Source: Lytechinus pictus
Lineage: Eukaryota
Assembly: GCF_037042905.1 (NCBI RefSeq)
Contig: NC_087251.1
Location: 38,876,001-38,940,000 of the forward strand
Direction: 5' to 3'
DNA: 64,000 nt
Below are positions 11,601 to 25,600 of this stretch, piece by piece. The notes below the pieces were generated by a model. That model saw only the letters and a list, made by a program, of their open reading frames with translations. It was not told the origin of the DNA and ran no database searches. A program made the position numbers and the translations under genes. The stretch's first letter is position 1, and every line of letters starts with the position of its first letter.

Positions 11601-14600
11601 TTTTGCCCAATTTTCCATGTCGCGGTGGGGCGAGGGGGTCGAAAATTCAAACTCCCTGGATCCTCTTGATTCTCGCTGTAATAATCGGTTAGGATGCTAG
11701 AACATTCCAGGGAGTGAAGACGGCTGATTTGGGGGGGTTTCGGGGGAAATATTGAACAAATATTATTTTTCTCAATTTTGGCCAATTTTGGCCAATTTTC
11801 CATGTCGCAGGTGGGGCGAGGGGGTCAAAAATTCAAACTCCCTGGATCCTCTTGATTCTCGCTGTAATAATCGGTTAGGATGCTAAAACATTCCAGGGAG
11901 TAATGACGGCTGATTTGGGGGGGTTCTGGGGGAAATATTGAACAAATATTATTTTGCTCAATTTTGGCCAATTTTGCCCAATTTTCCATGTCGCGGTGGG
12001 GCGAGAGGGTCGAAAATTCAAACTCCCTGGATCCTCTTGATTCTCGCTGTAATAATCGGTAAGGATGCTAAAACATCCCAGGGAGCAAAGACGGCTGATT
12101 TGGGGGGGTTTTGGGGGAAATATTGAACAAATATTATTTTGGTCAATTTTTGCCAATTTTGCCCAATTTTCCATGTCGCGGTTGGGGCGAGGGGGTCGAA
12201 AATTCAAACTCCCTGGATCCTCTTGATTCTCGCTGTAATAATCGGTTAGGATGCTAAAACATTCCAGGGAGTGAAGACGGCTGATTTGGGGGGGTTCTGG
12301 GGGAAATATTGAACAAATATTATTTTGCTCAATTTTGGCCAATTTTGCCCAATTTTCCATGTCGCGGGTGGGGCGAGGGGGTCAAAAATTCAAACTCCCT
12401 GGATCCTCTTGATTCTCGCTGTAATAATCGGTTAGGATGCTAAAACATCCCAGGGAGCAAAGACGGCTGATTTGGGGGGGTTTCGGGGGAAATATTGAAC
12501 AAATGTTATTTTGCTCAATTTTGGCCAATTTTGCCCAATTTTCCATGTCGCGGGTGGGGCGAGGGGGTCGAAAATTCAAACTCCCTGGATCCTCTTGATT
12601 CTCGCTGTAATAATCGGTTAGGATGCTAAAACATCCCAGGGAGCAAAGACGGATGATTTGGGGGGGTTTCGGGGGAAATATTGAACAAATAATATTTTGC
12701 TCAATTTTGGCCAATTTTGCCCAATTTTCCATGTCGCGGTGGGGCGAGGGGGGTCGAAAATTCAAACTCCCTGGATCCTCTTGATTCTCGCTGTAATAAT
12801 CGGTTAGGATGCTAGAACATTCCAGGGAGTGAAGACGGCTGATTTGGGGGGGTTTCGGGGGAAATATTGAACAAATATTATTTTGCTCAATTTTGGCCAA
12901 TTTTGCCCAATTTTCCATGTCGCGGGTGGGGCGAGGGGGTCAAAAATTCAAACTCCCTGGATCCTCTTGATTCTCGCTGTAATAATCGGTTAGGATGCTA
13001 AAACATTCCAGGGAGTAATGACGGCTGATTTGGGGGGGTTCTGGGGGAAATATTGAACAAATATTATTTTGCTCATTTTTGGCAAATTTTGCCCAATTTT
13101 CCATGTCGCGGGTGGGGCGAGGGGGTCGAAAATTCAAACTCCCTGGATCCTCTTGATTCTCGCTGTAATAATCGGTTAGGATGCTAAAACATCCCAGGGA
13201 GCGAAGACGGCTGATTTGGGGGGGTTTCGGGGGAAATATTGAACATGTTATTTTGCTCAATTTTGGCCAATTTTGCCCAATTTTCCATGTCGCGGGTGGG
13301 GCGAGGGGGTCGAAAATTCAAACTCCCTGGATCCTCTTGATTCTTGCTGTAATAATCGGTTAGGATGCTAAAATATCCCAGGGAGCAAAGACGGCTGATT
13401 TGGGGGGGTTTCGGGGGAAATATTGAACAAATATTATTTTGCTCAATTTTGGCCAATTTTGTCAAATTTTCCATGTCGCGGGTGGGGCGAGGGGGTCGAA
13501 AATTCAAACTCCCTGGATCCTCTTGATTCTCGCTGTAATAATCGGTTAGGATGCTAAAACATCCCAGGGAGCAAAGACGGCTGATTTGGGGGGGTTTCGG
13601 GGGAAATATTGAACAAATATTATTTTGCTCAATTTTGCCCAATTTTCCATGTCGCGGTTGGGGCGAGGGGGTCGAAAATTCAAAGTCCCTGGATCTTCTT
13701 GATTTTCGCTGTAATAATCGGTTAGGATGCTAAAACATTCCAGGGAGCGAAGACAGCTGATTTGGGGGGGTTTCGGGGGAAATATTGAACAAATATTATT
13801 TTGCTCAATTTTGGCCAATTTTCCATGTCGCGGGTGGGGCAATGGGGTCGAAAATTCAAACTCCCTGGATCATCTTGATTCTCGCTGTAATAATCGGTTA
13901 GGATGCTAAAACATCCTAAGGAGCGAAGACGGCTGATTTGGGGGGGTTTCAGGGGAAATATTGAACAAATATTATTTTGCTCAATTTTGGCCAATTTTGC
14001 CCAATTTTCCATGTCGCGGGTGGGCGAGGGGGTCGAAAATTAAAACTCCCTGGATCCTCTTGATTCTCGCTGTAATAATCGATTAGGATGCTAAAACATC
14101 CCAGGGAGCGAAGACGGCTGATTTGGGGGGGTTTCGGGGGAAATATTGAATAAATATTATTTTGCTCAATTTTGGCCAATTTTGCCAAATTTTCCATGTC
14201 GCGGGTGGGGCGAGGGGGTCGAAAATTCAAACTCCCTGGATCCTCTTGATTCTTGCTGTAATAATCGGTTAGGATGCTAAAACATCCCAGGGAGCGAAGA
14301 CGGCTGATTTAGGGGGGTTTCGGGGGAAATATTGAACAAATATTATTTTGCTCAATTTTGGCCAATTTTGCCCAATTTTCCATGTCGCGGGTGGGGCGAG
14401 GGGGTCGAAAATTCAAACTCCCTGGATCCTCTTGATTCTCGCTGTAATAATCGGTTAGGATGCTAAAACATCCCAGGGAGCAAAGACGGCTGATTTGGGG
14501 GGGTTTCGGGGGAAATATTGAACAAATATTATTTTGCTCAATTTTGGCCAATTTTGTCAAATTTTCCATGTCGCGGGTGGGGCGAGGGGGTCGAAAATTC

Positions 14601-15169
14601 AAACTCCCTGGATCCTCTTGATTCTCGCTGTATTAATCGGTTAGGATGCTAAAACATCCCAGGGAGCGAAGACAGCTGATTTGGGGGGGTTTCGGGGGAA
14701 ATATTGAACAAATATTATTTTGCTCAATTTTGGCCAATTTTGCCGAATTTTCCATGTCGCGGGTGGGGCAATGGGGTCGAAAATTCAAACTCCCTGGATC
14801 CTCTTGATTCTCGCTGTAATAATCGGTTAGGATGCTAAAACATCCTTAGGAGCGAAGACGGCTGATTTGGGGGGGTTTCAGGGGAAATTTTGAACAAATA
14901 TTATTTTGCTCAATTTTGGCAAATTTTCCCAATTTTCCATGTCGCGGGTGGGGCGAGGGGGTCCAAAATTAAAACTCCCTGGATCCTCTTGATTCTCGCT
15001 GTAATAATCGGTTAGGATGCTAAAACATCCCAGGGAGTGAAGACGGCTGATTTGGGGGGGTTTCGGGGAAAATATTGAACATATATTATTTTGCTCAATT
15101 TTGCCCAATTTTCCATGTCGCGGTGGGGCGAGGGGGTCGAAAATTCAAACTCCCTGGATCCTCTTGATT

Positions 15170-18100
15170 CTCGCTGTAATAATCGGTTAGGATGCTAAAA
15201 CATCCCAGGGAGCAAAGACGGCTGATTTGGGGGGGTTTCGGGGGAAATATTGAACAAATATTATTTTGGTCAATTTTTGCCAATTTTGCCCAATTTTCCA
15301 TGTCGCGGTTGGGGAGAGGGGGTCGAAAATTCAAACTCCCTGGATCCTCTTGATTCTCGCTGTAATAATCGGTTAGGATGCTAAAACATCCCAGGGAGTG
15401 AAGACGGCTGATTTGGGGGGGTTTCGGGGAAAATATTGAACAAATATTATTTTGCTCAATTTTGCCCAATTTTCCATGTCGCGGTGGGGCGAGGGGGTCG
15501 AAAATTCAAACTCCCTGGATCCTCTTGATTCTCGCTGTAATAATCGGTTAGGATGCTAAAACATCCCAGGGAGCAAAGACGGCTGATTTGGGGGGGTTTC
15601 GGGGGAAATATTGAACAAATATTATTTTGGTCAATTTTTGCCAATTTTGCCCAATTTTCCATGTCGAGGTTGGGGCGAGGGGGTCGAAAATTCAAACTCC
15701 CTGGATCCTCTTGATTCTCGCTGTAATAATCGGTTAGGATGCTAAAACATCCCAGGGAGCAAAGACGGCTGATTTGGGGGGGTTTCGGGGGAAATATTGA
15801 ACAAATATTATTTTGCTCAATTTTGCCCAATTTTCCATGTCGCGGTTGGGGCGAGGGGGTCGAAAATTCAAAGTCCCTGGATCTTCTTGATTCTCGCTGT
15901 AATAATCGGTTAGGATGCTAAAACATTCCAGGGAGCGAAGACAGCTGATTTGGGGGGGTTTCGGGGGAAATATTGAACAAATATTATTTTGCTCAATTTT
16001 GGCCAATTTTGCCCAATTTTCCATGTCGCGGGTGGGGCAATGGGGTCGAAAATTCAAACTCCCTGGATCATCTTGATTCTCGCTGTAATAATCGGTTAGG
16101 ATGCTAAAACATCCCAGGGAGCGAAGACGGCTGATTTGGGGGGGTTTCGGGGGAAATATTGAACAAATGTTATTTTGCTCAATTTTGGCCAATTTTGCCC
16201 AATTTTCCATGTCGCGGGTGGGGCGAGGGGGTCGAAAATTCAAACTCCCTGGATCCTCTTGATTTTCGCTGTAATAATCGGTTAGGATGCTAAAACATTC
16301 CAGGGAGCGAAGACGGCTGATTGGGGGGGTTCTGGGGGAAATATTGAACAAATATTATTTTGCTCAATTTTGGCCAATTTTGCCCAATTTTCCATGTCGC
16401 GGGTGGGGCAATGGGGTCGAAAATTCAAACTCCCTGGATCCTCTTGATTCTCGCTGTAATAATCAGTTAGGATGCTAAAACATCCCAGGGAGCAAAGACG
16501 GCTGATTTGGGGGGGTTTCGGGGGAAATATTGAACAAATATTATTTTGCTCAATTTTGGCCAATTTTGCCCAATTTTCCATGTCGCGGTTGGGGCGAGGG
16601 GGTCGAAAATTCAAACTCCCTGGATCCTCTTGATTCTCACTGTAATAATCGGTTAGGATGCTAAAGCATCCCAGGGAGCAAAGACGGCTGATTTGGGGGG
16701 GTTTCGGGGGAAATATTGAACAAATATTATTTTGGTCAATTTTTCCAATTTTGCCCAATTTTCCATGTCGCGGTTGGGGCGAGGGGGTCGAAAATTCAAA
16801 CTCCCTGGATCCTCTTGATTCTCGCTGTAATAATCGGTTAGGATGCTAAAACATTCCAGGGAGCGAAGACGGCTGATTTGGGGGGGTTCTGGGGGAAATA
16901 TTGAACAAATATTATTTTGCTCAATTTTGGCCAATTTTGCCGAATTTTCCATGTCGCGGGTGGGGCAATGGGGTCGAAAATTCAAACTCCCTGGATCCTC
17001 TTGATTCTCGCTGTAATAATCGGTTAGGATGCTAAAACATCCCAGGGAGCAAAGACGGCTGATTTGGGGGGGTTTCGGGGGAAATATTGAACAAATATTA
17101 TTTTGGTCAATTTTTGCCAATTTTGCCCAATTTTCCATGTCGCGGTTGGGGAGAGGGGGTCGAAAATTCAAACTCCCTGGATCCTCTTGATTCTCGCTGT
17201 AATAATCGGTTAGGATGCTAAAACATCCCAGGGAGTGAAGACGGCTGATTTGGGGGGGTTTCGGGGAAAATATTGAACAAATATTATTTTGCTCAATTTT
17301 GCCCAATTTTCCATGTCGCGGTGGGGCGAGGGGGTCGAAAATTCAAACTCCCTGGATCCTCTTGATTCTCGCTGTAATAATCGGTTAGGATGCTAAAACA
17401 TCCCAGGGAGCAAAGACGGCTGATTTGGGGGGGTTTCGGGGGAAATATTGAACAAATATTATTTTGGTCAATTTTTGCCAATTTTGCCCAATTTTCCATG
17501 TCGAGGTTGGGGCGAGGGGGTCGAAAATTCAAACTCCCTGGATCCTCTTGATTCTCGCTGTAATAATCGGTTAGGATGCTAAAACATCCCAGGGAGCAAA
17601 GACGGCTGATTTGGGGGGGTTTCGGGGGAAATATTGAACAAATATTATTTTGCTCAATTTTGCCCAATTTTCCATGTCGCGGTTGGGGCGAGGGGGTCGA
17701 AAATTCAAAGTCCCTGGATCTTCTTGATTCTCGCTGTAATAATCGGTTAGGATGCTAAAACATTCCAGGGAGCGAAGACAGCTGATTTGGGGGGGTTTCG
17801 GGGGAAATATTGAACAAATATTATTTTGCTCAATTTTGGCCAATTTTGCCCAATTTTCCATGTCGCGGGTGGGGCAATGGGGTCGAAAATTCAAACTCCC
17901 TGGATCATCTTGATTCTCGCTGTAATAATCGGTTAGGATGCTAAAACATCCCAGGGAGCGAAGACGGCTGATTTGGGGGGGTTTCGGGGGAAATATTGAA
18001 CAAATGTTATTTTGCTCAATTTTGGCCAATTTTGCCCAATTTTCCATGTCGCGGGTGGGGCGAGGGGGTCGAAAATTCAAACTCCCTGGATCCTCTTGAT

Positions 18101-18850
18101 TTTCGCTGTAATAATCGGTTAGGATGCTAAAACATTCCAGGGAGCGAAGACGGCTGATTGGGGGGGTTCTGGGGGAAATATTGAACAAATATTATTTTGC
18201 TCAATTTTGGCCAATTTTGCCCAATTTTCCATGTCGCGGGTGGGGCAATGGGGTCGAAAATTCAAACTCCCTGGATCCTCTTGATTCTCGCTGTAATAAT
18301 CAGTTAGGATGCTAAAACATCCCAGGGAGCAAAGACGGCTGATTTGGGGGGGTTTCGGGGGAAATATTGAACAAATATTATTTTGCTCAATTTTGGCCAA
18401 TTTTGCCCAATTTTCCATGTCGCGGTTGGGGCGAGGGGGTCGAAAATTCAAACTCCCTGGATCCTCTTGATTCTCACTGTAATAATCGGTTAGGATGCTA
18501 AAGCATCCCAGGGAGCAAAGACGGCTGATTTGGGGGGGTTTCGGGGGAAATATTGAACAAATATTATTTTGGTCAATTTTTCCAATTTTGCCCAATTTTC
18601 CATGTCGCGGTTGGGGCGAGGGGGTCGAAAATTCAAACTCCCTGGATCCTCTTGATTCTCGCTGTAATAATCGGTTAGGATGCTAAAACATTCCAGGGAG
18701 CGAAGACGGCTGATTTGGGGGGGTTCTGGGGGAAATATTGAACAAATATTATTTTGCTCAATTTTGGCCAATTTTGCCGAATTTTCCATGTCGCGGGTGG
18801 GGCAATGGGGTCGAAAATTCAAACTCCCTGGATCCTCTTGATTCTCGCTG
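15170..18850. repeat. 10-monomer higher-order tandem duplication (1837-bp offset)
   Basis: ORF pairs 15456/17293, 15734/17571, 16282/18119 and 16658/18495. The private variants GGGGAGAGGG, GTCGAGGTT and GATTGGGGGGG are each present twice. Confidence 0.92.
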
Positions 18851-21800
18851 TAATAATCAGTTAGGATGCTAAAACATTCCAGGGAGCGAAGACTGCTGAT
18901 TTGGGGGGGTTCTGGGGGAAATATTGAACAAATATTATTTTGCTCAATTTTGGCAAATTTTGCCGAATTTTCCATGTCGCGGGTGGGGCAATGGGGTCGA
19001 AAATTCAAACTCTCTGGATCCTCTTGATTCTCGCTGTAATAATCGGTTAGGATGCTAAAACATTCCAGGGAGTGAAGACGGCTGATTTGGGGGGGTTTCG
19101 GGGGAAATATTGAACAAATATTATTTTGGTCAATTTTTGCCAATTTTGCCCAATTTTCCATGTCGCGGTTGGGGCGAGGGGGTCGAAAATTCAAACTCCC
19201 TGGATCCTCTTGATTCTCACTGTAATAATCGGTTAGGATGCTAAAACATCCTAAGGAGCAAGAAGGCTGATTTGGGGGGGTTTCAGGGGAAATATTGAAC
19301 AAATATTATTTTGCTCAATTTTGGCCAATTTTGCCCAATTTTCCATGTCGCGGGTGGGGCGAGGGGGTCGAAAATTAAAACTCCCTGGATCCTCTTGATT
19401 CTAGCTGTAATAATCGGTTAGGATGCTAAAACATCCCAGGGAGCGAAGACGGCTGATTTGGGGGGGTTTCGGGGGAAATATTGAAAAAATATTATTTTGC
19501 TCAATTTTGGCCAATTTTGCCCAATTTTCCATGTCGCGGTGGGGCGAGAGGGTCGAAAATTCAAACTCCCTGGATCCTCTTGATTCTCGCTGTAATAATC
19601 GGTAAGGATGCTAAAACATCCCAGGGAGCAAAGACGGCTGATTTGGGGGGGTTTTGGGGGAAATATTGAACAAATATTATTTTGGTCAATTTTTGCCAAT
19701 TTTGCCCAATTTTCCATGTCGCGGTTGGGGCGAGGGGGTCGAAAATTCAAACTCCCCTGATCCTCTTGATTCTCGCTGTAATAATCGGTTAGGATGCTAA
19801 AACATTCCAGGGAGTGAAGACGGCTGATTTGGGGGGGTTCTGGGGGAAATATTGAACAAATATTATTTTGCTCAATTTTGGCAAATTTTCCCGAATTTTC
19901 CATGTCGCGGGTAGGGCAATGGGCTCGAAAATTCAAACTCCCTGGATCCTCTTGATTCTCGCTGTAATAATCGGTTAGGATGCTAAAACATCCCAGGGAG
20001 CGAAGACGGCTGATTTGGGGGGGTTTCGGGGGAAATATTGAACAAATACTATTTTGCTCAATTTTGGCCAATTTTGCCAAATTTTCCATGTCGCGGGTGG
20101 GGCGAGGGGGTCAAAAATTCAAACTCCCTGGATCTTCTTGATTCTCGCTGTAATAATCGGTTAGGATGCTAAAACATTCCAGGGAGCGAAGACAGCTGAT
20201 TTGGGGGGGTTTCGGGGGAAATATTGAAGAAATATTATTTTGCTCAATTTTGGCCAATTTTGCCGAATTTTCCATGTCGCGGGTGGGGCAATGGGGTCGA
20301 AAATTCAAACTCCCTGGATCCTCTTGATTCTCGCTGTAATAATCGGTAAGGATGCTAAAACATCCCAGGGAGCAAAGACGGCTGATTTGGGGGGGTTTTG
20401 GGGGAAATATTGAACAAATATTATTTTGGTCAATTTTTGCCAATTTTGCCCAATTTACCATGTCGCGGTTGGGGCGAGGGGGTCGAAAATTCAAACTCCC
20501 CTGATCCTCTTGATTCTCGCTGTAATAATCGGTTAGGATGCTAAAACATTCCAGGGAGTGAAGACGGCTGATTTGGGGGGGTTCTGGGGGAAATATTGAA
20601 CAAATATTATTTTGCTCAATTTTGGCAAATTTTCCCGAATTTTCCATGTCGCGGGTAGGGCAATGGGCTCGAAAATTCAAACTCCCTGGATCCTCTTGAT
20701 TCTCGCTGTAATAATCGGTTAGGATGCTAAAACATCCCAGGGAGCGAAGACGGCTGATTTGGGGGGGTTTCGGGGGAAATATTGAACAAATACTATTTTG
20801 CTCAATTTTGGCCAATTTTGCCAAATTTTCCATGTCGCGGGTGGGGCGAGGGGGTCAAAAATTCAAACTCCCTGGATCTTCTTGATTCTCGCTGTAATAA
20901 TCGGTTAGGATGCTAAAACATTCCAGGGAGCGAAGACAGCTGATTTGGGGGGGTTTCGGGGGAAATATTGAACAAATATTATTTTGCTCAATTTTGGCCA
21001 ATTTTGCCGAATTTTCCATGTCGCGGGTGGGGCAATGGGGTCGAAAATTCAAACTCCCTGGATCCTCTTGATTCTCGCTGTAATAATCAGTTAGGATGCT
21101 AAAACATCCTAAGGAGCGAAGACGGCTCATTTGGGGGGGTTTCAGGGGAAATATTGAACAAATATTATTTTGCTCAATTTTGGCCAATTTTGCCCAATTT
21201 TCCATGTCGCAGGTGGGGCGAGGGGGTCGAAAATTAAAACTCCCTGGATCCTCTTGATTCTCGCTGTAATAATCGGTTAGGATGCTAAAACATCCCAGGG
21301 AGCGAAGACGGCTGATTTGGGGGGGTTTCGGGGAAAATATTGAACAAATATTATTTTGCTCAATTTTGGCCAATTTTGCCCAATTTTCCATGTCGCGGTG
21401 GGGCGAGGGGGTCGAAAATTCAAACTCCCTGGATCCTCTTGATTCTCGCTGTAATAATCGGTTAGGATGCTAGAACATTCCAGGGAGTGAAGACGGCTGA
21501 TTTGGGGGGGTTTCGGGGGAAATATTGAACAAATATTATTTTTCTCAATTTTGGCCAATTTTGGCCAATTTTCCATGTCGCAGGTGGGGCGAGGGGGTCA
21601 AAAATTCAAACTCCCTGGATCCTCTTGATTCTCGCTGTAATAATCGGTTAGGATGCTAAAACATTCCAGGGAGTAATGACGGCTGATTTGGGGGGGTTCT
21701 GGGGGAAATATTGAACAAATATTATTTAGCTCAATTTTGGCCAATTTTGCCCAATTTTCCATGTCGCGGTGGGGCGAGAGGGTCGAAAATTCAAACTCCC

Positions 21801-22699
21801 TGGATCCTCTTGATTCTCGCTGTAATAATCGGTAAGGATGCTAAAACATCCCAGGGAGCAAAGACGGCTGATTTGGGGGGGTTTTGGGGGAAATATTGAA
21901 CAAATATTATTTTGGTCAATTTTTGCCAATTTTGCCCAATTTTCCATGTCGCGGTTGGGGCGAGGGGGTCGAAAATTCAAACTCCCTGGATCCTCTTGAT
22001 TCTCGCTGTAATAATCGGTTAGGATGCTAAAACATTCCAGGGAGTGAAGACGGCTGATTTGGGGGGGTTCTGGGGGAAATATTGAACAAATATTATTTTG
22101 CTCAATTTTGGCCAATTTTGCCCAATTTTCCATGTCGCGGGTGGGGCGAGGGGGTCAAAAATTCAAACTCCCTGGATCCTCTTGATTCTCGCTGTAATAA
22201 TCGGTTAGGATGCTAAAACATCCCAGGGAGCGAAGACGGCTGATTTGGGGGGGTTTCGGGGGAAATATTGAACAAATGTTATTTTGCTCAATTTTGGCCA
22301 ATTTTGCCCAATTTTCCATGTCGCGGGTGGGGCGAGGGGGTCGAAAATTCAAACTCCCTGGATCCTCTTGATTCTCGCTGTAATAATCGGTTAGGATGCT
22401 AAAACATCCCAGGGAGCAAAGACGGCTGATTTGGGGGGGTTTCGGGGGAAATATTGAACAAATAATATTTTGCTCAATTTTGGCCAATTTTGCCCAATTT
22501 TCCATGTCGCGGTGGGGCGAGGGGGGTCGAAAATTCAAACTCCCTGGATCCTCTTGATTCTCGCTGTAATAATCGGTTAGGATGCTAGAACATTCCAGGG
22601 AGTGAAGACGGCTGATTTGGGGGGGTTTCGGGGGAAATATTGAACAAATATTATTTTGCTCAATTTTGGCCAATTTTGCCCAATTTTCCATGTCGCGGG

Positions 22700-25600
22700 T
22701 GGGGCGAGGGGGTCAAAAATTCAAACTCCCTGGATCCTCTTGATTCTCGCTGTAATAATCGGTTAGGATGCTAAAACATTCCAGGGAGTAATGACGGCTG
22801 ATTTGGGGGGGTTCTGGGGGAAATATTGAACAAATATTATTTTGCTCATTTTTGGCAAATTTTGCCCAATTTTCCATGTCGCGGGTGGGGCGAGGGGGTC
22901 GAAAATTCAAACTCCCTGGATCCTCTTGATTCTCGCTGTAATAATCGGTTAGGATGCTAAAACATCCCAGGGAGCGAAGACGGCTGATTTGGGGGGGTTT
23001 CGGGGGAAATATTGAACATGTTATTTTGCTCAATTTTGGCCAATTTTGCCCAATTTTCCATGTCGCGGGTGGGGCGAGGGGGTCGAAAATTCAAACTCCC
23101 TGGATCCTCTTGATTCTTGCTGTAATAATCGGTTAGGATGCTAAAATATCCCAGGGAGCAAAGACGGCTGATTTGGGGGGGTTTCGGGGGAAATATTGAA
23201 CAAATATTATTTTGCTCAATTTTGGCCAATTTTGTCAAATTTTCCATGTCGCGGGTGGGGCGAGGGGGTCGAAAATTCAAACTCCCTGGATCCTCTTGAT
23301 TCTCGCTGTAATAATCGGTTAGGATGCTAAAACATCCCAGGGAGCAAAGACGGCTGATTTGGGGGGGTTTCGGGGGAAATATTGAACAAATATTATTTTG
23401 CTCAATTTTGCCCAATTTTCCATGTCGCGGTTGGGGCGAGGGGGTCGAAAATTCAAAGTCCCTGGATCTTCTTGATTCTCGCTGTAATAATCGGTTAGGA
23501 TGCTAAAACATTCCAGGGAGCGAAGACAGCTGATTTGGGGGGGTTTCGGGGGAAATATTGAACAAATATTATTTTGCTCAATTTTGGCCAATTTTCCATG
23601 TCGCGGGTGGGGCAATGGGGTCGAAAATTCAAACTCCCTGGATCATCTTGATTCTCGCTGTAATAATCGGTTAGGATGCTAAAACATCCTAAGGAGCGAA
23701 GACGGCTGATTTGGGGGGGTTTCAGGGGAAATATTGAACAAATATTATTTTGCTCAATTTTGGCCAATTTTGCCCAATTTTCCATGTCGCGGGTGGGCGA
23801 GGGGGTCGAAAATTAAAACTCCCTGGATCCTCTTGATTCTCGCTGTAATAATCGATTAGGATGCTAAAACATCCCAGGGAGCGAAGACGGCTGATTTGGG
23901 GGGGTTTCGGGGGAAATATTGAACAAATATTATTTTGCTCAATTTTGGCCAATTTTGCCCAATTTTCCATGTCGCGGGTGGGGCGAGGGGGTCAAAAATT
24001 CAAACTCCCTGGATCCTCTTGATTCTCGCTGTAATAATCGGTTAGGATGCTAAAACATTCCAGGGAGTAATGACGGCTGATTTGGGGGGGTTCTGGGGGA
24101 AATATTGAACAAATATTATTTTGCTCATTTTTGGCAAATTTTGCCCAATTTTCCATGTCGCGGGTGGGGCGAGGGGGTCGAAAATTCAAACTCCCTGGAT
24201 CCTCTTGATTCTCGCTGTAATAATCGGTTAGGATGCTAAAACATCCCAGGGAGCGAAGACGGCTGATTTGGGGGGGTTTCGGGGGAAATATTGAACATGT
24301 TATTTTGCTCAATTTTGGCCAATTTTGCCCAATTTTCCATGTCGCGGGTGGGGCGAGGGGGTCGAAAATTCAAACTCCCTGGATCCTCTTGATTCTTGCT
24401 GTAATAATCGGTTAGGATGCTAAAATATCCCAGGGAGCAAAGACGGCTGATTTGGGGGGGTTTCGGGGGAAATATTGAACAAATATTATTTTGCTCAATT
24501 TTGGCCAATTTTGTCAAATTTTCCATGTCGCGGGTGGGGCGAGGGGGTCGAAAATTCAAACTCCCTGGATCCTCTTGATTCTCGCTGTAATAATCGGTTA
24601 GGATGCTAAAACATCCCAGGGAGCAAAGACGGCTGATTTGGGGGGGTTTCGGGGGAAATATTGAACAAATATTATTTTGCTCAATTTTGCCCAATTTTCC
24701 ATGTCGCGGTTGGGGCGAGGGGGTCGAAAATTCAAAGTCCCTGGATCTTCTTGATTCTCGCTGTAATAATCGGTTAGGATGCTAAAACATTCCAGGGAGC
24801 GAAGACAGCTGATTTGGGGGGGTTTCGGGGGAAATATTGAACAAATATTATTTTGCTCAATTTTGGCCAATTTTCCATGTCGCGGGTGGGGCAATGGGGT
24901 CGAAAATTCAAACTCCCTGGATCATCTTGATTCTCGCTGTAATAATCGGTTAGGATGCTAAAACATCCTAAGGAGCGAAGACGGCTGATTTGGGGGGGTT
25001 TCAGGGGAAATATTGAACAAATATTATTTTGCTCAATTTTGGCCAATTTTGCCCAATTTTCCATGTCGCGGGTGGGCGAGGGGGTCGAAAATTAAAACTC
25101 CCTGGATCCTCTTGATTCTCGCTGTAATAATCGATTAGGATGCTAAAACATCCCAGGGAGCGAAGACGGCTGATTTGGGGGGGTTTCGGGGGAAATATTG
25201 AATAAATATTATTTTGCTCAATTTTGGCCAATTTTGCCAAATTTTCCATGTCGCGGTTGGGGCGAGGGGGTCGAAAATTCAAAGTCCCTGGATCTTCTTG
25301 ATTCTCGCTGTAATAATAGGTTAGGATGCTAAAACATTCCAGGGAGCGAAGACAGCTGATTTGGGGGGGTTTCGGGGGAAATATTGAACAAATATTATTT
25401 TGCTCAATTTTGGCCAATTTTGCCGAATTTTCCATATCGCGGGTGGGGCAATGGGGTCGAAAATTCAAACTCCCTGGATCCTCTTGATTCTCGCTGTAAT
25501 AATCGGTTAGGATGCTAAAACATCCTAAGGAGCGAAGACGGCTCATTTGGGGGGGTTTCAGGGGAAATTTTGAACAAATATTATTTTGCTCAATTTTGGC

